DNA of 53,100 bases, the filler included, from Basidioascus undulatus (taxonomy: Eukaryota), in assembly GCA_000826855.1 (NCBI GenBank). It is 3 parts of 3 records of this genome, joined end to end, with 100 filler letters (N's around TTAATTAATTAA, not from the genome) between each part and the next. Parts side by side here need not be neighbours in the genome. Positions count along the whole stretch, not along the records: positions 35,474 to 53,100 come from JTLS01000519.1; 2 more parts are not named here. One strand, 5' to 3'. Below are positions 36,263-49,600 of this stretch, in pieces (within the stretch, counting starts at the first letter, position 1; each line of letters begins with the position of its first letter). Under the pieces are notes generated by a model. The model worked only from the letters and a program-made list of their open reading frames with translations. It was not told where the DNA came from and ran no database searches. Made by a program: the position numbers and the translations under genes.

Positions 36263-37134
36263 CTATAGGGCCACTTGAACAATTGAGAATTTTATGCATC
36301 CACCTGGTTCCAGCCGGCCATCAAAACCAGCTCCCGAATCACTTTCTCCGACTTTCCAGGCGTCGTCAAGGATCACGGTCTCCTGGACACGGGTTGAGGC
36401 CTTGCGTAAAGCCACATTGAACGCAATGAAAGCGCTCTGGTTCAAACGAGGCAGTATGAGACGCTGCAGCGAGGGATTTTCGGCATCAAAAGCACCTCGC
36501 CGACGTGAGGACCGGAGCGCACGACTTCGACTTCCTTCATCGTCGGATGCTCGCACAAGAATTGGTGAAGCAGCAGCCCGAGCTGGAATTCGATTCGAAT
36601 GGAGCGGAGGTGTGTCCATTGTGGGACGGAGCGTACGATCACGCGGTTGAGAGGTTGATGTTGCCCCCGGAGCATTCAGGTGAAAGGTATAAAGGTCGAG
36701 CTTGCCGAGCGCACGCTCGACCGCGCACAAAGCGTCGGCATCTGGATAGATCGGGTTCCCGTCCTCGTCCTCAAAGGCGAGGCTGAGATGGCGGACGCCT
36801 GTACAAGTGCCGATGAGGTCGAGGATGTGGAGCTCGCCATGCGGGAGCCTGAGCCATCGAACGAGCTTGCCCACATCCGGCCGCGGTATGACGAGAGCGG
36901 CGAAAAGCATTGTTCGTTGGGGAGTATGGAGGTTGATCTCCTTGAACACGAGCGGGTTGACAAGCTGCTCGAACTTCCGGTTGAAGAGACGGAGCGAGAG
37001 GAGGAAGCGGTCTCGACGTCCGCGAAGGCGAGCGTGGTCCAGTCGTTCTCGGGCGAGGATAGGGAGCGCGCTGTCTCCTGAACGATGGTTAACAGGAGCT
37101 CGCTCGGTAGCCTTGGGGGTTGAACGGTCGACAT
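36263..37134 (-). pseudogene. F-box-like/LRR-like gene with multiple frameshifts
   Basis: PRLPSELLLTIV, frame switch (~37040) to LSLRLFNRKFEQLVNPLVFKEINL...CTGVRHLSL, switch (~36678) to QWTHLRSIRIE, switch (~36480) to PSLQRLILP. Confidence 0.65.
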
Positions 37135-38598
37135 AGGAGAATGGAGGAAAACGCGAGATGAACCGATGACTGTTCGATCGAGTGTTGACTGTGTCAGTCG
37201 AGCAGGATTAGAGAAAGTCCGAAGAGGACTACGTAAAGTGAAGGTTGAGGTTATTGAAATGTAGAAGTGAATGAAGAGGTTGATGGAGGGATGTGAAGGA
37301 GAACTTCCGAGTCACTCAGCAGCACGCAGACCGGCCCTGAGCAAGCTGGCGGCCTGGGAGGTCTTTCACACCTACATACACATGCCTATCCCAAACCAAG
37401 TTCGCAATAGCCTGTTTTGATTGTTTTTGCAATATGAATGAGACCTTGGAGGAACAGTATTGCCGAGACGAGCTCTAATTAGGACTGCAGCTCTGCAGTC
37501 TGCTCACCGTGATTCACCACAGCGACTGTCGAACGGAAACGTCGTCGTGCCATGCAGCTGCAGATTGCCGACTCGCGGCCACCGACACGAAAGCACAGGA
37601 ATGCATCCAGGGAGCATGTTGATGTACATGCGTGCAAAGTTGGACGAATTTTCAATGGTGTGAGGCTCCCATTGGTGGCGTATAGGGATGTATCAGCAAG
37701 TGCACGCTGTAGCATATATTTTAATAGCCGTGCCTCTTGGACGGAACTGTGACAGCAGTATTATTTAATTGAGGTTCACACTTGGCCCTGACCTATCTCA
37801 GATCCGCATTCATACTGTATTCGACCTTCTCATTAGGGGATGTAACAGAAACATGCGAAACTGTGCAAGTCATCTTCCAGACCTCTACTGTAGACAACTG
37901 ATGCATCAAGGGTCGGGGCCCCTGTCTGCCCCCACGATGGAGTTGTCCCCAGTGCCGAGGAGCATACAAGGCCACCCGGGGCGGCTGCCCTGTGGGAAGT
38001 CTGTGCATCTCCTCCACCGGACGCCTGAGGAGGCCGCGGAGTACAGGGTTCTCCAGGGGTTCCAGTCATCCCCCGCCCAGTCCTCGTACAGGTGCCGCTT
38101 GCCGTTGTGCGCGGGGCAGTAGTGCACTACGGTGCCCACCGCCGAGCGGGACGAGGTCCCGATGACGGACTCCCCGATAAAGAGAATCTTACCGTTCGAC
38201 CATGACGATGCAGAACAGTCCATGCCCTCCGATATGGCAACCGTCATCAGGCCGTCTACGGTTATCCGGGCCATAACGGCAGGCAGGTCCGCGGGGAACG
38301 AGTCCATGGAGCTCTCACGCCACTCAACTCTATGTCTTTAACATGCGATAAATGAAAGACATGAAACAAAAGCAGAGTTGTGTTTATAAGCCGTTTTATT
38401 GATGCATATGAGCGTAGCTACCTATGAACGGACCACAAGATGGACAATCTTGAAGCTAAGTAAGTAGACCGTTTATTGGGAAGGGAAAGGAGGCGCGAGC
38501 GAGGGGGAACAGGAGGCAAGCGCAGGGGGCATTTAACCAATCTGAGTCAGGGAAGAAAGGAAAGAGACGAAAATCCATTGTTCTCAAAGTCCATTCTT

Positions 38599-39239
38599 CT
38601 ACAGTTGTGTAGCAATAAAATGGGAAGTGAGAGCAATGATCCGGTCCCAAGATACGGATACGGGCACCTCGAAGGGAACGAAATTGCCAAAGCAAGGACC
38701 GCCACCAGCGGTCTGCAGCCCGGGGTCGTCGTCCAGATAGAAGTCGACCAGTCCGTTCGGGCAGGTAGCCGTCGGCGGCGCCTGTTTGATGTTGAAGTAG
38801 ATGGTGCACCCTACTCCCTGGACGAAGACCCAGCCGTTACACCCCGCCGTAGCGAAGCATTGCATGCAGCACAGGTCCGCGCAAAGGTGACCATTATTTG
38901 TTGGTCCCGTTAGGCGTGATCGTGGGGAAGTTTTACTCGATGTCGGTACGGAACGTCCCCGGGTGTGCACTGCGTGCCCGGTCCCTGTAATTCGGTGACC
39001 AGATCCAGTCAGCCTTGGGCTCCATGGAATGGTGATCCACGGCGAGGCCACAGGCGAAAGCAAGCAAGCAGTCTTAGGTCTTCATACTCACCGGGTACTT
39101 TGATTTGTATTTGTCATGAACTTTGAAAAGAGCCTTGATTGTGGCGACAAGGTCTTCCCCGATTTCGGAGAGTACGTCGGTGGAGACCGCAGGAGAGCGC
39201 GAGGGAGAGGCTGGTGAGGGCGAGAGGGAGTCGCAACGT
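38599..39239 (-). pseudogene. Secreted Cys-rich protein with PAN/apple-like domain, disabled
   Basis: Signal-peptide-like LRLPLALTSLSLALS after an ACG codon (39239); intron gtgagt...gctgac...tacag; ADLCCMQCFATAGCNGWVFVQGVGCTIY...TCPNG...GPC. Pieces lie in different frames. Confidence 0.55.
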
Positions 39240-40057
39240 GCGGGTATCCTGGTCAGTGAACCGGAGAAGGAAATCATATCGGAGAATAAACCGCTAAAGA
39301 GTATTGCTCAGCGTGTTTGGTAAACAGGAGCGTGCATTCCGTGGCCGAGCACGAAGGAGTGTGTTAACTGTTGAAGTTTGCCCCTGACAACTTGGCACAA
39401 CTGCAGCAGCTCAAAGCGGCTGACTGTTGTGCTTTGTAGTATTATTTTTGACAAATTTTGGATTCGATATTGAGAAACTCCGAGGCTGCTCAAAGAAAAC
39501 ACAAGATGGCACCGTGTCGACGAAGATGAGCCAGGGCCGCTGTGTAATGGTCTGCTGCCTGCGCAACACCCTTTCTCCCTTTATATTGTACCCTCGTTGG
39601 TACATCAAGGTCTACGAGATCCGCGATTGTTGCTGTTGAAACCAAATCTACCTAAGGAAGCGTCGACTGGCCTGGCCGTGACTGCAGCGGCATTGGCTGC
39701 ACGGCATGCAATCCCTGGCCTCTGTGCTCTTCGACAGGAATAGTAGGTGAGGGCGGAATAAAATTACAGACGGTGTACCTCTATCCTTAATTCAAAAGCA
39801 GCTCAAAGAGAACCGCTCAGTACGCACATCGTACAGGCGCTGCACACAACCATCGCCGCCTCAGCCGCGAAGTACCGATTCTTAACCCGAAGCGCACTCC
39901 CGATTCTGTTTGGAAGTTCATCGAATAATCACCGCAGGCGGTAGTACAATCATGCATCACGCCCACTTCAGCCTCTTCGGCTCAGCTACGTCGCTCAATG
40001 CTTCCTCATCATCAGGATCATTCCCTCCCAGCCCTCACGCACATCCTCCGAACCTCC

Positions 40058-42361
40058 TCAAGGCAGCGGTTCCCGGCTCGATGAAAGGCGGTTGACTGTC
40101 ATGCCCAGCCAGGTGGCATAGTTAGTCTCCGCTCTGCGTCGAAAAGGAAGGGGGAGCAGACAAGGAAGGGGGAGCAGACAAGGAAGGGGGAGCACACGCA
40201 CGGTGGATGTACACGTCCGTCCCGTACCCCTCCATCGAGATCAAGCGCAGGTCACCGCCGACTGTTCCGCAAACACGCCACCCGAAAGTCAGGTTACAGC
40301 CTTTTTTGCCTCCTCTTCCTTGTCCTTAATAATAATAAAAATCAACGCACAGTATCGCGCGTACAGCCGGGACAGCGGCAGACCATACCCAAGACCCGCC
40401 ATCGGTGCCTGTTGCACACGTCAGCGTGAGCACCGTCTTTCCCCGTACAAAAAGCCTACAAGAAAGGCGGACCTTGTAGTCGCTCCCGCTCATCTCAAAC
40501 TCCGGGTCCAAAATCCCCGCCTCCATAGTCGTGTACCTATCGCCCCGTTCCTCCTAGTTCAGCACACTATCTTCTTCTATTTTCCTCTTTGAACAGGCTA
40601 CGCACATGTAAGTCCAAATAAGCGGAATAGCGCTCCTCGGGATCCCCCCGCCCTCATCGCTAATCTTGATCGTGATGTCCTCCTTGCCCTCGGCGACAAT
40701 CACCTTGATCGGTGGGAACTGGTCCTCCGCGTCGACTCCGAAGCGCTCCACGGTCGCGCGCAGAGAGTTCTTGACGATCTCGAAGACGACGTGGTTGCTG
40801 GGGACGTGGTTGGGTCAGCTTTTTCACCTCGAGAAAGAAGGATGGGGAAGGGGGAAGCCATACAGGTGTCCAGGCACGTATTGGATCTGGAGGTTCTTGG
40901 GGCAGATGAGCTGGACGGGCGGGGGCTTGAAGAGCGCGTAGTGGTCCTCGGCGATGAAGCGCGCGTTGTCAATCGCTTCTTGGCAGATGTCGTGGACGTT
41001 CTACGCCAAAGCGCAGGGAAGTCAGGGGGGGAAGAGGGGTAAAAATCAGAGTAAAACAGACGCACAGAGTACCGGCAGATGATCCCCACGTAGTCCGGGT
41101 GCGCGTCGAGCTTGTTCAGAGCGACGTCTGTATCGAAGCCGAGCTCCTTCAAAGTTAGCGCCTGCCGACCGCAAACGCTCTGTCGAACTTCAGAAAGAAC
41201 GCACGTTGACCCTATTTCCGAGAACGAAACGACGGTCAGCAATTGTCAAGCGGTACGGTCAGACGACTTTGCGAGACGAGACGCACGATCAAGAACCGGA
41301 TACCGATTCGGCTCATGTAGAACCGATCCAAGAACGCCTGTACGTCCGTGTCGACCGCCTCGCCTCCGCGCGCCTTTTTGTACTCCAATATACCTTGGGC
41401 GACCTGTCCTTTGCACAAGCGCTCACTCAGCATCGATCCCGACCGGGAAAAGAAGTTGGGTGCAGAGGGATGGGAAATGAACTGACAGTCGGGACAACGG
41501 AGTCGTGTCTCCGCTTGATTCCCTCCAGGCACTTCGTGAACTTCTCGTTATAGTCTGCTACTTCGGGCGGCCAGCTCAGGTCGGGCGTCGTAGCGTGATA
41601 CCTGTCGACAGCCCAACAAATGTAAGAACCCAGTCAGTACTCCTCCCTTCCACGCGCCTCCCACCGACTCAATGCACCTCCGCTCAATCGGTACCCGGAT
41701 CTTCTGCGATCCGCCCACAGCCGGCGCGCTCACGCCGTTCTTCTCCTGCAGCGCCGCGGTGACCGGCCCGGGTGTGTCCTCGTCCACGTGGTGCGTGACG
41801 TTCTCATGCGCCTCGGGTAGGGGCTGTGCGGAGCCCTTGGCGCGCGAGGGGGTGGAGAAGAGCGCGTCCCGGATGTGCGCGGGGAGTTTGGGCGGCGGGA
41901 AGTAGATCAGCTCCTCGAAGGAGGCGGCGTACCAGCCGAGGACGCGTTGAACTGGAGAGAGGACGGGGGTGAGTGGTCCGGAGGAGTTGAGGAACGGGAG
42001 AGGAGAGGACGTACTGGAGGGCATTTCGGAGAGCTGGTTCGGGAGAGTGTTGAGCTCGACACATCGATGTGCGAGTCGAATGGGCAGTTCCTCTGCGTCC
42101 GCCGCCCCACCGTCAGCTCAGCGTCCTATCTCATCTCACCTCGTTCTCCACATCCCTCAATCCCGCCCCCCGTTCTCCAAATCTCCTCCTCAAGTCCTCG
42201 CACTAACCAGCTAAAAAGGTCCCAGCCCTCAACAGCGTGCCCTGGCTCGGGTTCGAGCCAAACATGACCATCTGCTGGAGACTAACGCCCGTCTGTGGGA
42301 AGGACGCAAAGTGGAGGAGCTTGTCCCACAGCGCCGGGGAGACACGCTGCATCGGCGGCAT
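40058..42361 (-). CDS. Mitochondrial pyruvate dehydrogenase kinase (PDK/BCKDK family)
   Basis: FASFPQTGVSLQQMVMFG, ELPIRLAHR, FLDRFYMSRIGIRFLI, YVPGHL, FEIVKNSLRA, IKISDEGGGIPRS, APMAGLGYGLPLSRLYAR, SMEGYGTDVYIHLNRLSSSREPLP. Confidence 0.96.
40144..40197. repeat. Intronic 18-bp x3 tandem repeat
   Basis: aaggaagggggagca(g/c)ac x3 within the last PDK intron. Confidence 0.95.
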
Positions 42362-43277
42362 GCTGGGCGATGCGGGAGGGGGAGGAAAGGTGCGGGTGCT
42401 GAAGTAGTCGTTCTTGAGACGCCGGAGAGGTCGGACAACCTCGGGGAGGTGCGAGTCGTCGTCCTAGGCGGTGTTGAGCTCAATATCCTGGTCAAGTATG
42501 CGGATGCGGTGGTTGGTGAGGACGATGGAGATGGTGGTGGTAAAAGTCCAAGATTTGGTGTCGAGATGGAGCAGCGATTTGGAGTCAGACGAGCAGGAGC
42601 GGACGGGGTAGGGTGCGAAGGCGAAGGCAGCTAACCGCGTTCACATGCCCGGCGTCTCAGAGCCGGGAAACACCGGAGGCGAGCGCGATCGACCGCCATT
42701 ACGCGTCCTCGTCTGCCTTCTCCGTGTAACTCCATCCGCTTTCACCGGACACACGAGGGTAGGAATATCTAAGAAATCGTGTAGCTGTGCTCAGACAGCC
42801 GAGGCAGGTTCCGTTTCCGTTGGTTTCCGATACAATGCAGTGGCTGCCGGCAGCCCGGCTGTCGCGTTGCAGTCGGCAGACCTCGCACTCTCTTGCAGTA
42901 TTTTCCTTCAGCATCAGTCACCACCACCAAATAGTCGTTACGGAGGCATTTCCGATGCGGAGCTCATGCAGTTGAAAGTCTCTGCAGATAGCTTGAGACG
43001 CAGAGGACACACGGTAAACGAGTGCGATTCCCCTCAGTTTGCCGTCTTGACTCTTGAGTTAAGCTTGTCAAACTGCTATCCCCACTCCCATAGCGGGTAC
43101 TGTCGAAAGTCAAAGAAAATGTTGATAGAGAAGTATAAACATATGGTATTAAGCTACAAGCCGGCATAATAATGTCTGACGGGCCAGCTTGGGTATGTAG
43201 TGCTCCTCCTCCGTTGCTCTTCCAAGTCCATCTACAACAAATCAAACTCCTCCTCACACCATAAACTCTCCTCACTC

Positions 43278-44186
43278 TTAGACGAGGATCCCTGCGCCGA
43301 ACAGAGCGGCGGCCGCCGCCGCAGCGACGAAGCGGCCCTGCACGTCGATGGGAGCAGCGGCGTTGTCGTCGCCGTCCGAGTTGCCGGTAGCGCCCGCGGA
43401 CTCAGTCGCGTCGCTCGCGCTCGAGTCCGCGGCGGACGTGCTGCCCGTCGCCTGCGGGTCGACGGTCGTGCTCGGCGCGGAGGCGGTCTGCGACGCGCTC
43501 ACGCTGGAGGAGGTCGTAGGGACGTTTTCGGGGTAGAGGGCTGGGAGTCGGGGTGGTGAGCTTCGGAACAATCGAAAGTGGGGTGGGTGGGAGAGTATGG
43601 AGAAGTAGGGAGGGAAAACCTACCACCGTGTTCCTTCACCTCGAACGGCTGGCTGGCCGCGTAGATCGTGTCGACGTTGGCGGGGTCAGTTAAGATGACC
43701 TGGTACCCTTGCGCGGCGGTAAGGTTGAGCGAGTCTGTGCCATTGAGCAGACCGCTGTAGCTGAATGCTGTTGTCCAATATTCCCCGAAGTCAGAGATGT
43801 ACTTCGCAGAGAAGCCGAAACGAACGTACCCTGAACGTTCTCCTTAGCCAGCAGCCAGCTTCACATCGCCTAATGGTCAACTTGTGTTCCGCACAGTTTT
43901 ATGAAAAAACCGGAAATGACTTACTCGCCCTTCAGAGTGTTGTTGATGTTCGCGATCCAGACGTTAAAGGTCGCCGGGTCGTTGCCGGTCCAGGCACTAC
44001 CGACCGTCCCCAGTCAGTCACCCTCTCCTTCTCCCTCGCGAACGCGCTTTCAAACAAGACTCACAAAGTCTGGTCCGAGCCCGACACCCACCAGTGGTTC
44101 GCGTCCGGGATGTAAATGTCAAGGGCTGCCGAAGCGAGCGACGCGAGGCCAAGGACGGGGCCAGCGAGCCGAGCGAAGGCGTGCAT
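43278..44186 (-). CDS. GPI-anchored Ser/Thr-rich cell-wall protein (Kre9/Knh1-like N-terminal domain)
   Basis: Signal peptide MHAFARLAGPVLGLASLASAA; WWV...WT..DPATFNVWIAN...GYQVILTDPANVDTIYAASQPFEVK; S/T-rich stalk; hydrophobic C-terminus FVAAAAAAALFGAGILV. Confidence 0.85.
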
Positions 44187-45337
44187 TTCGTTTTAGGCGG
44201 GGGAGGGGAAGGGTTCGTCAAGGGGTCGTTAGGAGGGGAGGAGATGGTGTGCAGAGGGAAAGGAAAGAGATGGAAGATCGGTGCTGCTGCCTGCTGAAGG
44301 AGCGCAGGAATTAATAGAAAAAGCCTAGTCGACTAAAGTAGATTCTCATGCAATGCTGCCTATCGCCGCCGCCGCTTGGGTGAGGCGATGATGAGATCGA
44401 CAGGCAACAGATCCCAGGATGGCGCAGGTGGAGTTTCTTAGCGCCACAGCTTGCCGAATAGCTGCGAGCGACGATCATGTTTGGGAGTGGCAGGTGGAGT
44501 GGCAGTGGACCCATCAGGATCAAACGCACTTTTGTTCTTCTCAATGCTCGTAAGCGGGGTTCATGTTGACCATCAGGGCGAATAAAACACGTTCTACTGA
44601 TCATAGTTCTCGCAAAACAGGAGCAAAGAAGCTATATTGCGTTTAGGAGGAACCAATTGCGTGCACTATGACATGTCCTCAACGAGCCGCAGTCGCCGCT
44701 CGGCGACTACGGTGCGTCTCCAACAGCGTCGGTCGAAGCCTGTACAAAAACGCATGAAAACGCATGGGCGCAAAGTACCCCTCTTTGATACAATCTTGAA
44801 TTGAGTGACTCTAAATGCAAGATGGGGCACAGTTGGAGCTGGAAGCATCGGAAATTGGCGATTTCGTGAAGACGACAGCTTGCAGCCTGAAAGGACCGCA
44901 GCATCACAACGCTCCGCCGGTTCCTTTTCAGTACCTGGCAGACCTGCCGTGCATGGGACGTCCAAGAATAATATCCCACTGTTACGCAATTCACCCCCCG
45001 CCCTCATAACGGATGCTTGCCAATTCCAAGCAGCAGCCAATACGTGCGTTATTATCCCAAGCCCATCAGGCGTGCTTTTCTGCAGATCGACCAAAACAAG
45101 ACGCTCGGGGTTGTACAGAAGAACGCAAATCATGAGTGAAATTTCCGATAGATGATTGGTAACAGCAACGACCGCGAAGCCAAGCCTTGCAACATTGTCA
45201 GACAGCACAACAAGATACATTCGAAGCTCGACGCCTTCCCCTATTTCACCCCAACCGTCTCCCCGCCCTCGTCCAAATCCTCATCAACTCTCTCCCCGCC
45301 CATGCCAGCCTGCCTGCACCCCCACTACTGCCGGCGG

Positions 45338-48300
45338 TCACTGTGCCTTGCCCGCGAGCCCCAAGTCCTGCGCGCTTTCCCTAGCTCATCAGCGGCCGAG
45401 CCACAAACCCAAAAAAAAAAGAACTTTTGAACTGACCCTCCGCAACTGCGCGGCCGCGATGGGGTGGTAGAACCCCTCGTTCTGCTCAAACGTCCTGCGC
45501 GCGAGCTCGGGCGCGACTTTGTACAGCGCGCGATAGGTCGGGCGGCACATCTGTTCACACCCTCCCCGCATTTCAGCTCCAGATCCCCGTATTCGACATA
45601 CGAGTAAGATGTAAGATGGAAGGAAATGAGACGCAGCCGCACCTTCATCCTTCCCTGGCCGGCCACCCACCCCGCCGCGCGTGGGGCGTACTCGCTCCCC
45701 GACTTGAGCGCCACGAGGTAGAACCGGAGGCGGATCTCGGCGTTGTCGACGGCATCGAGGGCGTACTGTTTATCCAAGGCCTCGACGAGTGCGGGAGGGA
45801 GGGCCGTGAGGGAGTGGAGCTTCTCGAGGAAGACGACTGCGGGGGGGCGGACCAGGATGCTGATCAGCGACGATACGCAAGGAAGGAGAGGGAGAGAATG
45901 AAGGCGGACCCTTCTGGTTCGACGTAAACTTCTTCACGTCCTCCGGCGAGAACTCCCGCGCGAGCTCCTCCGGCGAAGCGTCCCGCGCAGCGTCCCACCT
46001 CTTCGCGAGAGCGTACGCCGAGTCAGCGAGGGACGTGTCGAACTTGAGGTCCACCGGCACCTTCTAGATTTCCCAACAGCCCACCCCAGCATCGTCAGCA
46101 ATGTGCGACAGAGGATAAGACGCAACGCACCATCCCCTCGCCATGTAGCCACCCCTCCCAGTCGACGGCCTCGAGCTTCGCGACCAGCTCGTCGCCCCCC
46201 GGCTGCTTGCGAAAGAAGTTGAACAGGTGCGCGCGCCAGTCGTCCGTCGTGATCGACCGGCCGCGGAAGGTCTTGACGTAGTCGAGTACGTAGGGGAGGA
46301 AAACTGGCGATGCTCCATGTCAGCGGGAAGCGAGGCAGAGTGCAGAAATGGGCAGACGCACCGTCCAGCCCCCCGACAGTCTGCTCAAGGTGCAGCAAGA
46401 ACTGCGACCCCTTATCATACGGGATCGAGCTGAAGGCCTCCTGCATCCCCACGCCCCCACCCTCAGATCAGCACCCCTCTTCCTCCCTCACGTCTTCTTC
46501 TCTTCACTCAGACGCACATCCGGGTCCTCCCCGAACGTATAAGGAATAACGAGCCGCTGGTACTTTGGCGAGTCCTTGAACTGCTCGAGCGCCTCGACGA
46601 GCGCTTTCTGCCCGATGATGTAGGAGAAGTCGCGCTCCGCGGGGCCGTGCAGAAAGTGAAGGAGGAGCCGCTCCATGTAGGTCGTCCAGCCTTCGTTGAG
46701 CTGGTTTGAGAAGGGGGGTGAGAGTCAGTTGGGGAGGGGAGGGCGAAGAGACGGGGGGAAGGGGTGTGTTGGAGACGACTGACCCAGAAGTGCTGCCAGC
46801 TTGCGCAGCCGATGTTGTTCTGCAAAGACAGAGGACAGTTTGAGCAATGGGAGCAACAGGCTGCGCGGAGGACGGGTGAATGAGGAGGGACGCTTACCCC
46901 GAACCAGGAATGGCTCGCCTCGTGGGCGACCACATCCGTCAGGGACCGGTCGCCGGCGAGGAGGGCTGTACAAGACGCGTTGCTTCAGAAATAGAATCAA
47001 GGGAATCCGAAAGCATGATACGCACTAGGAGTAACGAAGGTGAGGCAGGCGTCTGCGAGCGAGCGAGCGGGGTGAGCTTCTGCAGGCTATAGGAACGAGA
47101 CCCTCTAATGGAAGGCGGCTCACTTTCCATGCCTCCGTACGGGAACGACGGAGGAAGGAGGAGGAGGTCGTAAATGCCCTGTCCTCATCGCCTTCCAGTC
47201 AGTCCCTCGCCGCCGCGCGAGGTCCACAATCTCGACTCACCCACTCATACGGAGTAACGATCTTCTCCGCCTGATGGATGTACCTATTCCGCCGTTCACC
47301 ATGATCAGATCCAAGTGCTGTCCTGTTCAAAAGAGAGACAGAACGGCAGCGCCCAACGCACTTAGCAGTGTCCTCCGAGAACTCCCAAAAGCTCTTGTCC
47401 ATCAGCTCCGGCTCCGTCCACACGCCCGTCGTCCACTTGCCCACGCCCTGGGGCGACTTGGGCGGGAAGGGGCGGAACGCCAGCCGGCCTGCCGCGAGCG
47501 CAATGAGGTAGGAGGGGATGGGGACGGGCTGTCCGCGGCAGGGGGTGGAGGTGGCGGGTAGGAGGTGCGGGTGAGCGGGGATGCGAAGAGGAGGGAGAGG
47601 GGGCGGACGGACTTGGTTGTACGTGTAAGTTGTAGGCTTGTCCAGAAGCTCCGAGAGCGGCGTCGTAGACGCTGGAGAGACCCGGCGCGCGGACATGAGC
47701 GCAGGGAGGTTGGAGTGCACGCGGGCGGAGTAGGTCTGAGTGCGCGGGGGAGGGTGAGCTGTTGGGTGGGGTTGTGTGAGTGGTATGGCGTACAGCCTTC
47801 ACGCCGGGCGTGTCTGGTAAGGGAGAGTCAGCGAGATGCGGTGGGACAGGGGGGAGGTACCGGACCTTGGCACGGGAGAAGCGAGCGGGCGTGGATCTGC
47901 TCTTCCCGCGTCGTCAGCTCCATAAACCAAGTGACCCCACAAGCAGATAACGCACCGCCTGGCATTGACTGTAGAGATACGGGTGCTTCCCCCCCGCCGT
48001 CTGGCTGCAAACCCATTCACGGTGAGCTTCCGCGAACCCCTAGAATCCCGACCTGCATCCACTCACGCCGGCTCGAGCCACCCAATCGCCGTGCAGTCAC
48101 TCGTCGTGCTGTACTCAACAGTCACAGACGCCTGGTCGCCATTCGCGAGCTTGCGCCCCAGCTCGATAGTGAGGGCCTTGCCCAGCACGGGATGGTGCTC
48201 GTCTGGGACACTCCACTATGTGCCTCCTTCCTCTTCAGCACCTCTCTCCAACAGAGCAAAGTAAGAGACAAGCGCACCTTGAGGTCGGCCCCCTGCGCAT

Positions 48301-48493
48301 CTCTCACACCTCTAATGTCCAAGTAGCTCGTGTCGAGCACGAGCGTCTGCACGCCGTCTTCGAGCGCGGTGAGCGCGTGGGTGACGCTGCCGCTGATGAG
48401 CCGCTGGGTCCAGTCGATGGACCAGTCGAGCGAGAAGTGCGTCGTCCTGATCGAGGTGTAGTTGCTTTGCGTCGCGGGATCGGGGGGCGCCAT
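45338..48493 (-). CDS. LTA4H: Leukotriene A4 hydrolase-like M1 aminopeptidase (Lap2-like)
   Basis: [58 protein letters not shown] (HExxH); WLNEGWTTY; FSSIPYDKG; QGRMK; FYHPIA. Confidence 0.96.
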
Positions 48494-48840
48494 GATGTCT
48501 GCTTGTGGTAGATGGCAAGAGGGAAGACGGGTTCGCGTGTGCATCCACGTGGAAGGGCGATACCGGCGAGCTGCGCCTGGGGATCACTGAGGCGGAAATA
48601 GGGAAGAGGCGACGAACAACGAGCACAATACTTTACACTTTGAACACGTTGATTGTGAATCTTTACTTTTAGTACATTCGAATTTATATGACAGACAGAG
48701 AAGGTGAGCGACTCGAAGAGGGCCGACGAGGTCGAGTTCGCGGTCAAATCGTCTCTCCCTCCCAACGTCTTCCTTTCTGCAGCTTGCGCTCACCCTCACC
48801 TCACAATCAATCACGCAATTTCGATCCCCCACAGCCCCCA

Positions 48841-49600
48841 ATGGCTCCCCCCTCCCTCCTCTCGCTCCCCCCCGAGCTGCTTCTCTCGATCCGCAACGCC
48901 CTGCCCTTCCTCAGCGCATGCGTATCCTTCTCACAAACCTGCAGATACTTTCGATCCATCTGCACTGCCGAGTTCTTCATCGCGCGGCTGCACCGCGATG
49001 GGTTCGGGGTGCCGCTCATGTTCGGGGGGAACGCGCGGGCGGCCGCGGCTCAGCTTGCGTTCGCGGGGGACCCAGAGGAGTGGGAGTGCCCTGGGATGAG
49101 GGGGTGTGATTGCTGTAATCTATGCATGCGGGAACGTGAGTCCAGGCATTGGTGTGGTGCTCATCGTCGAGGCTAAGCTCACGCCTATGCTACCCTAGAG
49201 CGCAGCTTCCAAGGCCCGCCGCGTCCCGTCCTCCCCGCCGCTCGCGTGAAGGAAGACGGAGTGCAGCTCGTGCTGCATTGCTCCTCCGCCACGTCGAGCC
49301 GTGGGTCCGACACCCGAGCAAAAACCTCATGCGCATCATCCTGAACATCCGCCCCGTCAAGTTCGAGGTCATGCTGCGCCTCGCCGACGATGTCGCGAAG
49401 GCGACCTTTCTCCTGATCGACCACCTCTCCCTCGCCGCAGCGTTTGCGACAAACCCGCCTGTGCGGGAGCTCGGCCTCAGCATCATGTCGGGTTTGCCTG
49501 ACCTTCGTATGTGGGAAGGGCGGTGAGCAACGCCTCCGGCGTGACGCCCATTGACTTCTGCATAGCGTTCACGAAGGTGTACCGTGTCCACTTCTTTGGC
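48841..49600 (+). pseudogene. F-box protein gene with apparent frameshifts; 3' end uncertain
   Basis: SLLSLPPELLLSIRNAL...SFSQTCRYFRSI F-box. After the intron the spliced frame hits a stop, while AFATNPPV and VSNASGVT..DF lie in other frames. Confidence 0.6.
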
